NCBI GenBank assembly: GCA_965603825.1
Contig: CBFDEM010000047.1
Coordinates: 372,001 to 436,000 of the forward strand
DNA length: 64,000 bases
Direction: 5' to 3'
Origin: Blepharisma stoltei ATCC 30299
Taxonomy: Eukaryota > Protista > Ciliophora
This document shows, piece by piece, positions 35,737 to 46,382 of this stretch; position 1 is the stretch's first letter, and every line of letters begins with the position of its first letter. The position numbers were made by a program, and so were the translations under genes. The notes under the pieces are model-generated. The model made no database searches. It had not been told where the DNA came from and saw only the letters and a program-made list of their open reading frames with translations.

Positions 35737-37578
35737 TTAGTTTGAATAAGCCTGCAAAGTTGCAAGATCAATCAAACATTTTGTAGCTGTTTCTTGAAAT
35801 TCAGCAGGTGCAGCTGCAATAATATGAATCAATTCTTCAATGTCATTCACAAAAGTAGGGAAATTTCCAAGTGTTTCTACCCCATTTTGCAATTTTTCAC
35901 ATATTTCAACTAGTAGCAAGAAGCAAGAGTCAACGACTTCTCTCTTTTCAGAAATAATATTTGGTTTTACTATACTTCTTATCATGTATACACATTGAGC
36001 AGCAATATCAACAGTGCAAGAAGGCCCAGTGCATTCAATTATTTCACTTAATGTGTATATTGCTTTGGACAAAACTGAGGGGTTTGTTTTATTATTGATT
36101 GATTTTATAATACCAGAACTGAAATACTGAAAGTGAGGAAAAAATAAATTTGGGTGGTCTATGCTAGGTTTATGTATTGTCTTGTGGTATCTTTTTGTCT
36201 TAAGTTTAAGTCTCTCTTTAATTATTTGTTGGGCTGGGGTTAATTTTTCAGATTTTTCAGAGTGATAAATTTGTGGCTTTTTGGTTGGAGGATTTGCTAG
36301 TTTATTTGCTGATTCTCTTATGACATCATAAACAAGGATATCACTTCCCGCAGATTTATTTTCGGAATTTAGTCTTGATATTAAAATGTCGCACATTTCT
36401 TTAGGCTTTAAAAACGTCAAACTAATTAGTGCTTTTAATCTTTTTTCTTCAAAGTCTTTTAAATTAAATTGATTTGGACATTTAAATAGCACGTCAGCTA
36501 AGCTCTCATAAACTAAATCAAGTTCATCTAGATCAGCTCCTATTAACTCTTCAGCTGCATTAATGGCGGCGACGTTTCTATCTTTTTGCTCGGACCTTAG
36601 CCCTTGTATAAGGTCTTCTAAATACATTGGACTGTCTCTTGTAATTTCTTCTTCTTCATCTTCCTTTTCACTATCACTACTTCCGAAATCGATTTTATTT
36701 TCAGCTAGAAAATCTTCCAAACTAAACTTAATTGATGGACTTTCTGGGTGCATAATTTGTGATACAGCAGATGCAATAAGTAAGCCTGAGTTTCTTATTT
36801 TTATGTTTGTGGATGAAAGTCGGATTTGAACTCCTGAAAAAATGTAGTTTGCGATTGGGGCTGGAAGTGCTGCATGGATATTGTGGTATATAAGCAGAGT
36901 TAGAACTGACTAGAAAATACAATAATTTGTGCTGAGATTGGACTCTTTTAGTAAAGATTCTTTGCTTCACTCTTGGGAAGCATTTATTAGGCAGTTATCA
37001 GACAAAGAATAATGATCAAGCAAAGCAGAAAGCTTCACAGAGTCTTCGTATGTGGAGCAAACTGCCTTAAAAGGTAATTGAGATGTAAAAAAGACTGCGA
37101 ACGTTGGAGTGAAGGTTGGAAAATAATTATAAATTTCAGCAAGAGGCATTTCTTTGAATATGCAAATCAGAAGAGGAGAAATTACTTTTAAAGATGATAA
37201 TAGCTCTATAATAGTTTTGGTAGGAGAAGATTTCTGAAGAGCTTTTACTACGGGAAGAGGTTTTCTTCTTAATAAAATTTTATCAATGATCTCTAATGTC
37301 TTACTGAAAAGAACTTCACTGCTTTCTAAATCTTGCTTAAAGAGAGCGCAGCATAGGTCACAAAAATAGGTCTCTGCGTGCAGTAAATTGTGTTTAAATT
37401 TGTTTGCAATTCTGTCTGGAAGAGAAACTAAGATATTCAGTAAATTATTCCAACCTATAGAGATGTCTGAAAGCAAACTAGGCAAATTTTCACAGATAAA
37501 AGTTGATATAGCGATATCTGATACTTCTGAATTGCTAATTTCTTCTATTTGTTCAATTAATTTCTCTACTGCGCTCAT
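35737..37578 (-). CDS. TEL2: TEL2/TELO2-like PIKK chaperone (608 aa, one intron)
   Basis: LPDRIAN, GVQIRLSS...IRNSG, acidic SDSE patch followed by PMYLEDLIQGL, KTKRY, NLFFP; TGA 36969 = Trp; intron 36906-36920. Confidence 0.8.
36906..36920 (-). other. 15-nt intron GTATTTTCTAGTCAG
   Basis: Removes an in-frame TAG and joins the two TEL2 halves. Confidence 0.8.
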
Positions 37579-37654
37579 TTTATCTATATGACCAATATTC
37601 TTTATTTAGTGATAAATGATAATTAAACCCAAGAATTTTAGTTAAAATAATTGT

Positions 37655-38347
37655 TTATTGCGCTTGCGCATTTTGGCTTTCTGCATTCCACTTCGCTATA
37701 GCTTGTCTAACAGGCTCATGCACTTCTCTAACAGCTTCAATTCCTCCTATTTCTTCTCTCCATCTTACCAAATTAGCATGTCTGCTGAAATCAAAATTAC
37801 TCAATTCTAACTGACTTAAAGCGCAATACAACAAGATATCAGCAAACGTTGGCTGAGCAGTTCTAGCTATGTAGCTTCCATTTGCAAAGACAGCATCAAT
37901 AGATGTAAGGAAACTCTCCAAAGCTGCTGACCATTCTGCTACTTTTTCAGGTGGAGGCACTGGCTTGTTGAAAAATTTAGGCAAAACGATATAATTGTAA
38001 ACATAAGGAGAAATAGCTTTGACTGTATTAGTATGATGCCAATGCAGTGAGGCGTTCACTCTCGCTCTGGCTTGGAGGTCTGCTGGAAACCATTGAGAAT
38101 CAGTATGAAAGGCTTCAGCTAAATAGTAAATAATAGCATTGCTTTCACCAAGGCTGAAAGTTCCATGAGTAATTGCAGGGACTTGGCCATATGGATTAAT
38201 GGCAAGAAACTCTGGAGATTTTTGCTCGTGCTTTAGCAAGTCAACTTGGATGAGCTCATTCGGAATATTATGAAGCTTGCAGAAAATCATCACAGCTCGG
38301 GTTGGAGGGGAAAAGACTGTTCCGTGAATCCTGAGAGTGTCTGCCAT
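37655..38347 (-). CDS. Glutathione S-transferase, theta-like (230 aa)
   Basis: SPPTRAV, INPYGQVP, ESNAI, RARVNASLHWHH, TFAD. Confidence 0.92.
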   Translation of the reverse strand: MADTLRIHGTVFSPPTRAVMIFCKLHNIPNELIQVDLLKHEQKSPEFLAINPYGQVPAITHGTFSLGESNAIIYYLAEAFHTDSQWFPADLQARARVNASLHWHHTNTVKAISPYVYNYIVLPKFFNKPVPPPEKVAEWSAALESFLTSIDAVFANGSYIARTAQPTFADILLYCALSQLELSNFDFSRHANLVRWREEIGGIEAVREVHEPVRQAIAKWNAESQNAQAQ

Positions 38348-38578
38348 TATTATTTATAGCCAATATTAATAAAGACTAAGTTAGAGAATTTATTCAATAG
38401 CTTATAAATGATAAAAGATAAAGGATATTAATTTAATTGAAAAATATTTATGATAAATATTGTTGAATAAATCTGAATTCAACTTACTAACTCATTTTTG
38501 CGATTTTTCAGGATGCAATAATAGAACAGGCTTGTTAGTTAGTAAAAAATTAGCAATAATACAGAATTATTTATAGTT

Positions 38579-39274
38579 TTAAATGTTTCCGTTCGTATGA
38601 TTAGAAGTTTCTTCTATCCATTTCCCATTTTTTCAGTTTCCGAACTCTTCTTTACTTCCAACTGAGTAGCTTCCTGCCTTAATTCCTCTGCAATATCTAG
38701 GTTTTTCTGGCCTATTTGATTGCTCTATTTCATTTTGCAAACTTTTTGTCATTGTTCAGTTTGATACCTTGCTGTTTTTTTCAAGTTCTTGGTTTTTTTT
38801 CTTCAATCCTTCTATAATTTTTTTATCATTTTCAGAGCTATTATAAGCATTTGTCAATAGCTCATTATACTCATCTGTCCGATTCTTCATTGTTTCATTT
38901 AATTCAAATATTTTTTCTTTTTGGATTTTGTTTTCTTTTTCTGATAAAACTTGTAAGGCTTTTAATTTTTCCACTTCTTGAGCTAAGAGCAAGAAAGATT
39001 GTTCCATAGCTTGGCATTTAGCTTCGTAAAGCTTAGATTTCTCAGTTAACCCTAAAATGCAGTCTTCAAGAGACTTTTTTTCTAACTTCAGAGTGATAAG
39101 TTCTTCTTCGAAAAGGCTTGAAGAAGTTTGAATATCAGCAGTTGATTGAGTGTCCCTGGAGTTGTCAGGAGTTGAAGCAAATGATGAAAATGCAGAAGGA
39201 TTTGTTGAATCTTCTTCAGTTTGGATATATTTTGATTCCGCGGTTTTTTGTTCTCGAGTCTCAGTACAGCCCAT
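38579..39274 (-). CDS. MGC-initiated coiled-coil protein (about 231 aa; 3' end uncertain)
   Basis: ORF extends through TGA 38758 to TAA 38581-38579; an alternative frame near the 3' end also looks coding. Confidence 0.6.
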
Positions 39275-39895
39275 TTTATTTTTCGTAGATTAGTTATTAT
39301 AAGGAAATTATCTCTATAAATTACTTGCAAAAGCTCCAGTTAAAAATTTTGAATTTTAGGTAAAACAGTCAGAATTTTACTTTGCAATAAATAATTATGA
39401 AAAATTTGGTAAAAGTTTAAACATTGCGATTTATAGCTAGAGATACACAGAAAATTATACCAGAATAATGATAAAAGTGTTACAAAAAAATAATTTTATG
39501 TGATTATATAGAATTTTTAAAATGAAAAAGCAAGCCAGTGCTAAATTCTTATTGATAATTAAACTAAAAAATGGCAACTTTAGACATTATATATAAAGTA
39601 AAAAAATTTTGCTTATATTACTTTAAATATCGAAAATCATTATTTACTAATCTTGGCTATTGAGAAATTCATTATTAGAGATAATAAATGATATATCAAC
39701 AATAGATAATCGAAATCCCTTGATGCTACTTATACTATAATAATCCACCAAATATGTCCAATTTAAATAAAAAAATTCCAGTAAGTATAAAACTAATTCA
39801 TAATAGTTATTTTAGAATTTCATTTAATTTTATCCTAAAAGCACCAATAAGTAGTCATTGCTCATTATTTATATCCCCACATTTTTTCTTAATAA

Positions 39896-40984
39896 ATGGA
39901 GAGAGGAAAAGAGCCGAGATCTAACATAAGGCAAACTTCACAAGAACTTCAAAAACTATTAATGCGCTCTTTGACTCTTATCTTAGGTAAAAACTGCAAA
40001 GTAACTACTACAGCTGGAGCTACATACAAAGGACTAATTCATACTTATACTTCAAATGGGATCATTCTTTATCAAAATCGAAATCCTCAAGAATCAATCA
40101 AGCCTATTAAATTTTCCCTCAAAGATCTGATATCAATAGAAGCTAACAGCATCACAGTTGCTCCTCAAAAAAAATTTAAAACTGATCGGGAAATAACTAA
40201 ATCCAATAAAAAATACTCCCGACAATTGCAAAAATGGGAAAGTGACGCTCCTATAGAAGAAACTCTCAGTAAATCCAATGAGCCCTGGGACCAGTTCAAA
40301 GCCAACAAAGAAAAATTCAACTATAAAAGCACCTATAGCGAAGATATTTATACAACAGCAAAAGTCGACCCTAGAGAATTAACTGAAGAACAATTAAAAA
40401 AAGCCCAAAAAGTTGAAGAAGAACTTTTAGGGACCAAAATTGAGGAAGAATTCGAAGATGTAGAAGACGAAGAAAAGAAATTTGGAGCTGTTCTCGGCAG
40501 TGGAAGATATGAAGAAAACAATAGCCAGTCTCCTCCCAGGATAACTCGTGATAGAGCTGTTAGCATTGCAGGAGATTTTTCTATAGAAGATTATAAAAAA
40601 TTCAGGGAGCATTTATTGAGGAATAAAATTTCTATTTCAACGGAGATGGAGACAGTTAATTCCTTGTGCCCGATGATTGCTGCTGACAATAAAGAAGAAG
40701 TGCTGAGGGAATTCGTCAAATTTAAAAGAGAAAGATTGCCTTCAAGGAGAGAAATAATGGAAGACTTGAAAAAATCATCAAAAATAATTGATGAGTTGTT
40801 TAAGAAAATGCCAGAAATGATGAAGAAAGATGAAAGGAAGCCCAAAGGAGTTATAGACTTATTTATTTCTGGATGGAAAAATTGTGAAAGGGATACAGAA
40901 GTTCAGATATGGCCAAGCTTTAATAGGCATTTAACTACTTCAAGCACAGTTCCACCTAGAGTTACTGCTAATCTCTATAAATAA
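39896..40984 (+). CDS. ATXN2: Ataxin-2/Pbp1-like protein (Lsm + LsmAD)
   Basis: G..YKGLIHT Lsm domain, FKTDREI, LQKW, WDQFKANKEKFNYKSTYSEDIYTT, DEEKKFGAV. Confidence 0.88.
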   Translation: MERGKEPRSNIRQTSQELQKLLMRSLTLILGKNCKVTTTAGATYKGLIHTYTSNGIILYQNRNPQESIKPIKFSLKDLISIEANSITVAPQKKFKTDREITKSNKKYSRQLQKWESDAPIEETLSKSNEPWDQFKANKEKFNYKSTYSEDIYTTAKVDPRELTEEQLKKAQKVEEELLGTKIEEEFEDVEDEEKKFGAVLGSGRYEENNSQSPPRITRDRAVSIAGDFSIEDYKKFREHLLRNKISISTEMETVNSLCPMIAADNKEEVLREFVKFKRERLPSRREIMEDLKKSSKIIDELFKKMPEMMKKDERKPKGVIDLFISGWKNCERDTEVQIWPSFNRHLTTSSTVPPRVTANLYK

Positions 40985-41257
40985 GTTCAATTCAATGTAA
41001 AATATATGAAAAAAGATTTAAAAATGGTAAAATGATTTAAAAAGAGAAACTCTATTTCTTAATCTATATGTCCTTTAATAAACACTATTATAGCTAGATA
41101 TACAGCTCTAAATTTAATAAAAAAATCAAACTTTGATATTAACAAATGTGTAAATTCTAATAAACCTGAAATTATGAACTTTTTTACTTTTCAATTTATC
41201 TTTAAATTAAAATAGCAAAGATATTATATTTTCTAATAATAATTTATTTAAATATAT

Positions 41258-43525
41258 TTAAAGTAAAGTTCTTTTCCTAGTTGGAGACTCTCTAGAAGGT
41301 AAAGCTGTCATTCCTCTTTGTGGAGATTTCGAGCCTAATCCTGGACTTCTTCCTTCCTTTTTACTTGACATATCAATTACAGTTCCAAATATGGCTGATT
41401 TCTTCTCTCCCATTGAATTTAGCTTCTTCAGCTCTGCTTGATCTTCAAGTTTTTCTTTTTCTATTGTATTATACCCATCAGTGAACTCTTCAATTCCAAG
41501 CTTTTTACCTTCAAAATACACAAACAGCCCTTCACCTTCTTTCTTTATCTCCACATTTTTAGTACCAAAGACATATTTTTCTTTATCAGTCCTAACGAAA
41601 TTTACATCCATAGTATTTTCTCTTGTATTTAAATATTTTGCTAGTGCTACATCCACAAGATCTCCCTGCTTAGCTATATAAGCTGGTTTTGACCTCTTAA
41701 TATCATCAATCATTTTTTGCATGGAGCCTTTCTGGTACTCTTTTTCTTCCAGCATATCTTCAAGCCTCCTATAAAGCCTATTAGTAAGTAGCCCAGCCTG
41801 CGCTTGCATGAACACCAAATCACTGAAATAAGACAGCTCCTTCAGCAATTCTTCTTGAATTTTTACCTCAGCATCAAACTGCAGTTTGAAGTCTCTATAT
41901 TGATCATAAATTCCCTCGTCATTTTTCAGTAAAGTCTCTATGTCTTCAAGATGTTTTCTAAATTCTTCTAAGTTTCCTAAATAATCAGCTATTTGTTGCT
42001 GCTTTGATTGGAGCTCTTGCTCTAGGGCTGGCTGGGAATTCTGATAATCCCTTATATCAATTTCAATTTTCCTAGAGTGATTCATAGACTCATTGATGTT
42101 TATTTCTTTTAGAGCGTTTAGATCTTGATAAGCTTTTTCAAGTTCAGCTGAAATCTGAGCATAGGAATTGTTTTGAGCATTTAGCGTGATATTTCTGGAT
42201 TTTTGGTCTTCTTGGGATATAAGTTCAGCTTGAGTGATTTCTATTTGGGCTTGAAGCTGTAAGTTTTCGATATTTGCGTGATCTAGTAATGAGGTTTGAG
42301 AGTTCAGCTGTGATAGCATCGCTACTCTTTCTTCTTCGATTTTTACCAGATCATTGGCTAAATGCGGATCTGCATACCCAGTAAGTATAGCCTGGTAGCT
42401 GCTTATCATGGTCTCCCTTTCTCCGTCATCTTTTTCAATTTGTTTTTTGAGTTTCGCAATTCTTTTTATTTCTTTTTCTACATTTTCGCCATCAATTTTA
42501 TTTTTTTCATTCTCATTTTTAAAATGTTCTGCTTGCTCTTTAACGTTACCTATTTCTTCTTCCAGAGCTTTTATTTGAGAATCTACACTGGCAATAGCTT
42601 CTTCGAGCTTTAGATTTTCTCCTGAAACTTGTGTGATGACTCCATCAATAAAAATTTGTTCTTGGCCCAGCTGCTCTCTAGTTTCTGTCATTGATTGCGC
42701 AAGTTCTTCCATTGGGCTGTCAAAATTTACTACAACTTCTTGGATTGCTTCGTACTCTTCTACTTGAGCTTTCATCACACGAATTTTTTGGCACAGGCCG
42801 ATAGCGATATTTCTTAATAAATGTGGCTCTGAGCTGGAAAGTTGCTCAATATTAAGCTCAAATCTACTTGGGAGCTCTAAGTAAGGCTCTGCCATATCAA
42901 GATTGTTTTCGTCTTCTTGGCGCTTTCTAAGAGGTGATTTACCTGGAGACCGCCCTGGAGATCTTGCAGGGGATCTGATTCCATCCTCTATGAGTTGCTC
43001 ATATTCTGCTCCAAGGCGGGTTCTTACTCTTACTACAATATCATGGATATCTTTTTCAGCATCTTCAACGGAATTTAGCTTCTTTAAGTAATTGCATTTT
43101 CCTCGTATTTTGAGTGGAGATACTCCAATGTTCTTTGGGCGGGCTTTATTAGGAGAGATACTTCTGCGGGAGTTTCCTAGAACTCCAACTAATTTTACTT
43201 TGACACCTTTAGGACCTTCTAAGCCAACACCTTTTTCTGGCTCGAATTTTACCCACTTTTCGAAGTTCCCTGTTATAGTTTTGTCACAAAGTCTTCCTAG
43301 TTGGACAGAGCTTGTTGCTAAGAGAGCTTCATCGCGAAGCTCAAGATTCATAACCCCATCTGGCGAAAATGATGGAATTGTTATATAAGAAATTGATTGG
43401 AAGGAGAGTTGATGAGTGTTAGAGCCTACAGTTACGACCAGCCCCAGTGTTGAAGGGTCTATAGGTCTTGGGAGTTGTAATTCTGTGAATTGAATTTCTA
43501 GCTTGAATTGTTTTGAATCAGCCAT
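41258..43525 (-). CDS. Coiled-coil protein with C2-like N-terminus and degenerate GAS2/GAR-like C-terminus (755 aa)
   Basis: Long heptad region; DLVDVALAKYLN...FVRTDKEKYVFGTKNVEIK resembles a GAR domain. Confidence 0.65.
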   Translation of the reverse strand: MADSKQFKLEIQFTELQLPRPIDPSTLGLVVTVGSNTHQLSFQSISYITIPSFSPDGVMNLELRDEALLATSSVQLGRLCDKTITGNFEKWVKFEPEKGVGLEGPKGVKVKLVGVLGNSRRSISPNKARPKNIGVSPLKIRGKCNYLKKLNSVEDAEKDIHDIVVRVRTRLGAEYEQLIEDGIRSPARSPGRSPGKSPLRKRQEDENNLDMAEPYLELPSRFELNIEQLSSSEPHLLRNIAIGLCQKIRVMKAQVEEYEAIQEVVVNFDSPMEELAQSMTETREQLGQEQIFIDGVITQVSGENLKLEEAIASVDSQIKALEEEIGNVKEQAEHFKNENEKNKIDGENVEKEIKRIAKLKKQIEKDDGERETMISSYQAILTGYADPHLANDLVKIEEERVAMLSQLNSQTSLLDHANIENLQLQAQIEITQAELISQEDQKSRNITLNAQNNSYAQISAELEKAYQDLNALKEININESMNHSRKIEIDIRDYQNSQPALEQELQSKQQQIADYLGNLEEFRKHLEDIETLLKNDEGIYDQYRDFKLQFDAEVKIQEELLKELSYFSDLVFMQAQAGLLTNRLYRRLEDMLEEKEYQKGSMQKMIDDIKRSKPAYIAKQGDLVDVALAKYLNTRENTMDVNFVRTDKEKYVFGTKNVEIKKEGEGLFVYFEGKKLGIEEFTDGYNTIEKEKLEDQAELKKLNSMGEKKSAIFGTVIDMSSKKEGRSPGLGSKSPQRGMTALPSRESPTRKRTLL

Positions 43526-43837
43526 TTAACGATTATAACAAATTCCGTTATTCATTAAAGAAATTCTAATAAAGCAATTTGTCCTCCTCTTTGATTTTAA
43601 AATTCAGATAATTTTTATTTAATATGCATTATAATAAAAGTTCGACAACCAGTATTATTTAAAAAAGGAAAGGAATTATTCTAAATTTGCAGTTTTATTT
43701 TTTTATATACTTAAAGAAATGAGCAATATTAGAGAATTATTATTAAAAATATTAGCACATAATTTTGGTTATAAAATTTATGTTTTTAGATTTGTAAATA
43801 AACGAAATTATGCATCAATTATTAGTGGAATTATAAA

Positions 43838-44521
43838 ATGGCTGGCTTCAAAGTTTTAGTATTTCTTGGCATCCTAGCTTTCTCATTTGCAGAATCAGAT
43901 CTCCCAGTTCTTGGCGGAGTCGATTTATGCCCTCCATGCGTACAATTCGGCAAAGACGAGCTTCAAGGTCTTTACAACTATATAACTACCTCTACAATCC
44001 CAAATACATGTGATGACGTTTGTAAAATCCTCACATTCCCTCTGCCAAAAGAACTATGTGGCTATTTCTGCAATGCAGTAGGCGTAAAGATTTTCACCGA
44101 CGATATCAAAAAAGCTTACACTGACCCAATTTACTTTTGTGAGCTTATTGATCAATGCCCAGCAAATAAAGGAGGAGCAGCAAACATTACTAATACTTAT
44201 GTGACACCATCCACAGCTCCTCAGTTTTCTACTTTCAATATCCAGATCCTATTCCAGGTCACAAAAGAAACTGGAACAGGTGAAGTAGCATTGACCTTAA
44301 AAGCACCTAACAAGAGTGTGTATACCCAAAGCTACCTAAACGAAGGTTTTGCAACTGGATCCTATTCAGCTAAATTCCAAGTTGTTACCAACGGAGATTA
44401 CGCAGTAGGAAACTACACTGGCCAAGTCGCTGTATGCTCCGGAACCTGTGGGACAAACTCACCTATAAGTGCAGTCCTTGCTACAACTAACGTTAAATTT
44501 ACAGTGACTCTTCAGCCTTAA
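43838..44521 (+). CDS. Countin-like secreted saposin-B protein, copy 1
   Basis: Signal peptide; six-Cys saposin pattern ending DPIYFCELIDQC; C-terminal beta-rich domain with TGTGE and VCSGTCG. Confidence 0.82.
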   Translation: MAGFKVLVFLGILAFSFAESDLPVLGGVDLCPPCVQFGKDELQGLYNYITTSTIPNTCDDVCKILTFPLPKELCGYFCNAVGVKIFTDDIKKAYTDPIYFCELIDQCPANKGGAANITNTYVTPSTAPQFSTFNIQILFQVTKETGTGEVALTLKAPNKSVYTQSYLNEGFATGSYSAKFQVVTNGDYAVGNYTGQVAVCSGTCGTNSPISAVLATTNVKFTVTLQP

Positions 44522-44581
44522 ATAATATTCGAGTTTCTTAGCCTTTAATGGATTTCTTCTCTCACTTTATGTGGATAAAAT

Positions 44582-45265
44582 ATGGTTGGAGCTAAGGTTC
44601 TATTCCTTTTCAGTATCCTTTCTCTTTGTTTTGCAGAAATTAAGCTTGTCTCTATAGAAGCAGTTGATATGTGCTCTCCATGTGTAATTTTTGCGGACTC
44701 CTCTCTACAGCAGCTTTATAACTATGTAATGGATAACACTATTCCTGGGTCATGTAGCCAACTCTGTGGCATTTTTGGGCAAAATTTAACAGCACAAGTA
44801 TGCAACTATTTATGTAATGCTGTAGGAATTGCTTCTTTTGTCAAAATTGTGAAGGACTGCCAGTTAGACCCAATTTACTTCTGTGAGCTTCTTGATGTCT
44901 GTCCAGTTGTAGCTGGCGGGTCTGCAAATATTACAAATACTTATGTTGTCCCTTCTTCTGCTACACAATATTCAACATTTAATGTTCAAGTACTTTTTCA
45001 AATTTTGAAAGAAACAGGGACTGGGCAAGTGTCTTTAATATTAACAGCACCTAATAAAAGTGTTTCGAAGCAAAGCTATTTAAATGAAGGGTTTAAGCCT
45101 GGGACTTATTCTGCTAAGTTTCAGGTTGTAACTGATGGGATGTATCCTGCAGGAGTTTACAATGGAGTTTTAGAAGTATGCACAGGAATTTGTGGGGCAA
45201 CTCTGCCGAACTCAGCTATTTTATCGACAGGCAATATTAAGTTTACAGTAACGCCAAAACCTTAA
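44582..45265 (+). CDS. Countin-like secreted saposin-B protein, copy 2
   Basis: Same length (227 aa) and Cys pattern as copy 1; DPIYFCELLDVC, TGTGQ, VCTGICG. Confidence 0.82.
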   Translation: MVGAKVLFLFSILSLCFAEIKLVSIEAVDMCSPCVIFADSSLQQLYNYVMDNTIPGSCSQLCGIFGQNLTAQVCNYLCNAVGIASFVKIVKDCQLDPIYFCELLDVCPVVAGGSANITNTYVVPSSATQYSTFNVQVLFQILKETGTGQVSLILTAPNKSVSKQSYLNEGFKPGTYSAKFQVVTDGMYPAGVYNGVLEVCTGICGATLPNSAILSTGNIKFTVTPKP

Positions 45266-45383
45266 ATTAGAAATAATCTATATTGAGTTAGATTATAGAT
45301 ATAATTCACGAACAGCATTTTCAGCAGCTATATCAAGCTAAATCCAACAGAGATAAATTACCTTTTTATAAGAATTCTTAAAA

Positions 45384-45962
45384 ATGGATGTGTATTTCAC
45401 TAAAGGATCACCAAAAGTCCATGACTACAACCCAATTACCCATTCTCCATTTTACAGCACCCCTGAGCCTTCACTAACGTACTCACGTGGGCCAACCTAT
45501 TCCAAGCCTTTTACCAATGGAAATATCTTTGATATTAAAAGCCATAAGGATCCTATAACTGGAAGAATGTACAGATATGATGACGGTAGAAAAACTTTAT
45601 CAAAAACGGGGAGCTTAAGGGTTAACAGATCATTTGACGTAGAAAAGGCTGCAGTTTTAATTAATCCTCCAAGACTTTATAAATCAAAGCCAAAGGCGTT
45701 ATCGCCTAGCCCTATTTCAGGGATTACTAGGGGTTTTGAACGAAGTTTAAGTCCAGTAAGAGAAGAGTTGCCTACTAGCCCTGAGCCGAGATTTGACTTT
45801 TTTAGAAAAACAAATGAGTATGGGAGCATTGCTGGATCACTTAGAAAACCCGTTCAAGTTGCTTATGTCAACCCTTATTTATTAAAGGCGACTGGCACGA
45901 TAGGGAATCAAGGAAGTTCAAATCAGGAATTTAAACAGGCTGCAAATGCATTCTTTTCCTAA
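45384..45962 (+). CDS. Hypothetical Pro/Ser-rich protein with NPIT/DPITG/SPISG motifs (192 aa)
   Basis: Intact ATG..TAA ORF. Confidence 0.75.
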   Translation: MDVYFTKGSPKVHDYNPITHSPFYSTPEPSLTYSRGPTYSKPFTNGNIFDIKSHKDPITGRMYRYDDGRKTLSKTGSLRVNRSFDVEKAAVLINPPRLYKSKPKALSPSPISGITRGFERSLSPVREELPTSPEPRFDFFRKTNEYGSIAGSLRKPVQVAYVNPYLLKATGTIGNQGSSNQEFKQAANAFFS

Positions 45963-46382
45963 TTCTGAACATTTATGAGGTAAGCAATATTTTAAATAAA
46001 ATCAGAAGCATTAGATTCATAATTTTTTTACAATGGCTCCTAAAAAAGTTTTATAAATTAATTTTAGATTCTAAAAACAAAAATATATTATGAGCATGCA
46101 ACACTAAAGCAAATAAATATTGAAAAATTGACAAAGTGATTTAGAATGCATGAGAAAAGGGTATCAAACTGCTTAGAGAAGAGCCAAACTAGATTTGTGA
46201 GTTTCAAGGTGAAATCTAGATTTAAATAGCACGCAAGGAAAAATTAAAATCTGAATTAAAGCCAGTAAATAAAGAATTTATTAAGACCTTTACTATCATT
46301 TATTAAAATATTAAGTGTTTTTTAATTCAATAAATTTTGTTTTGATAATCATATTAATTAAATATTGAAAATTGAGCGGGAA

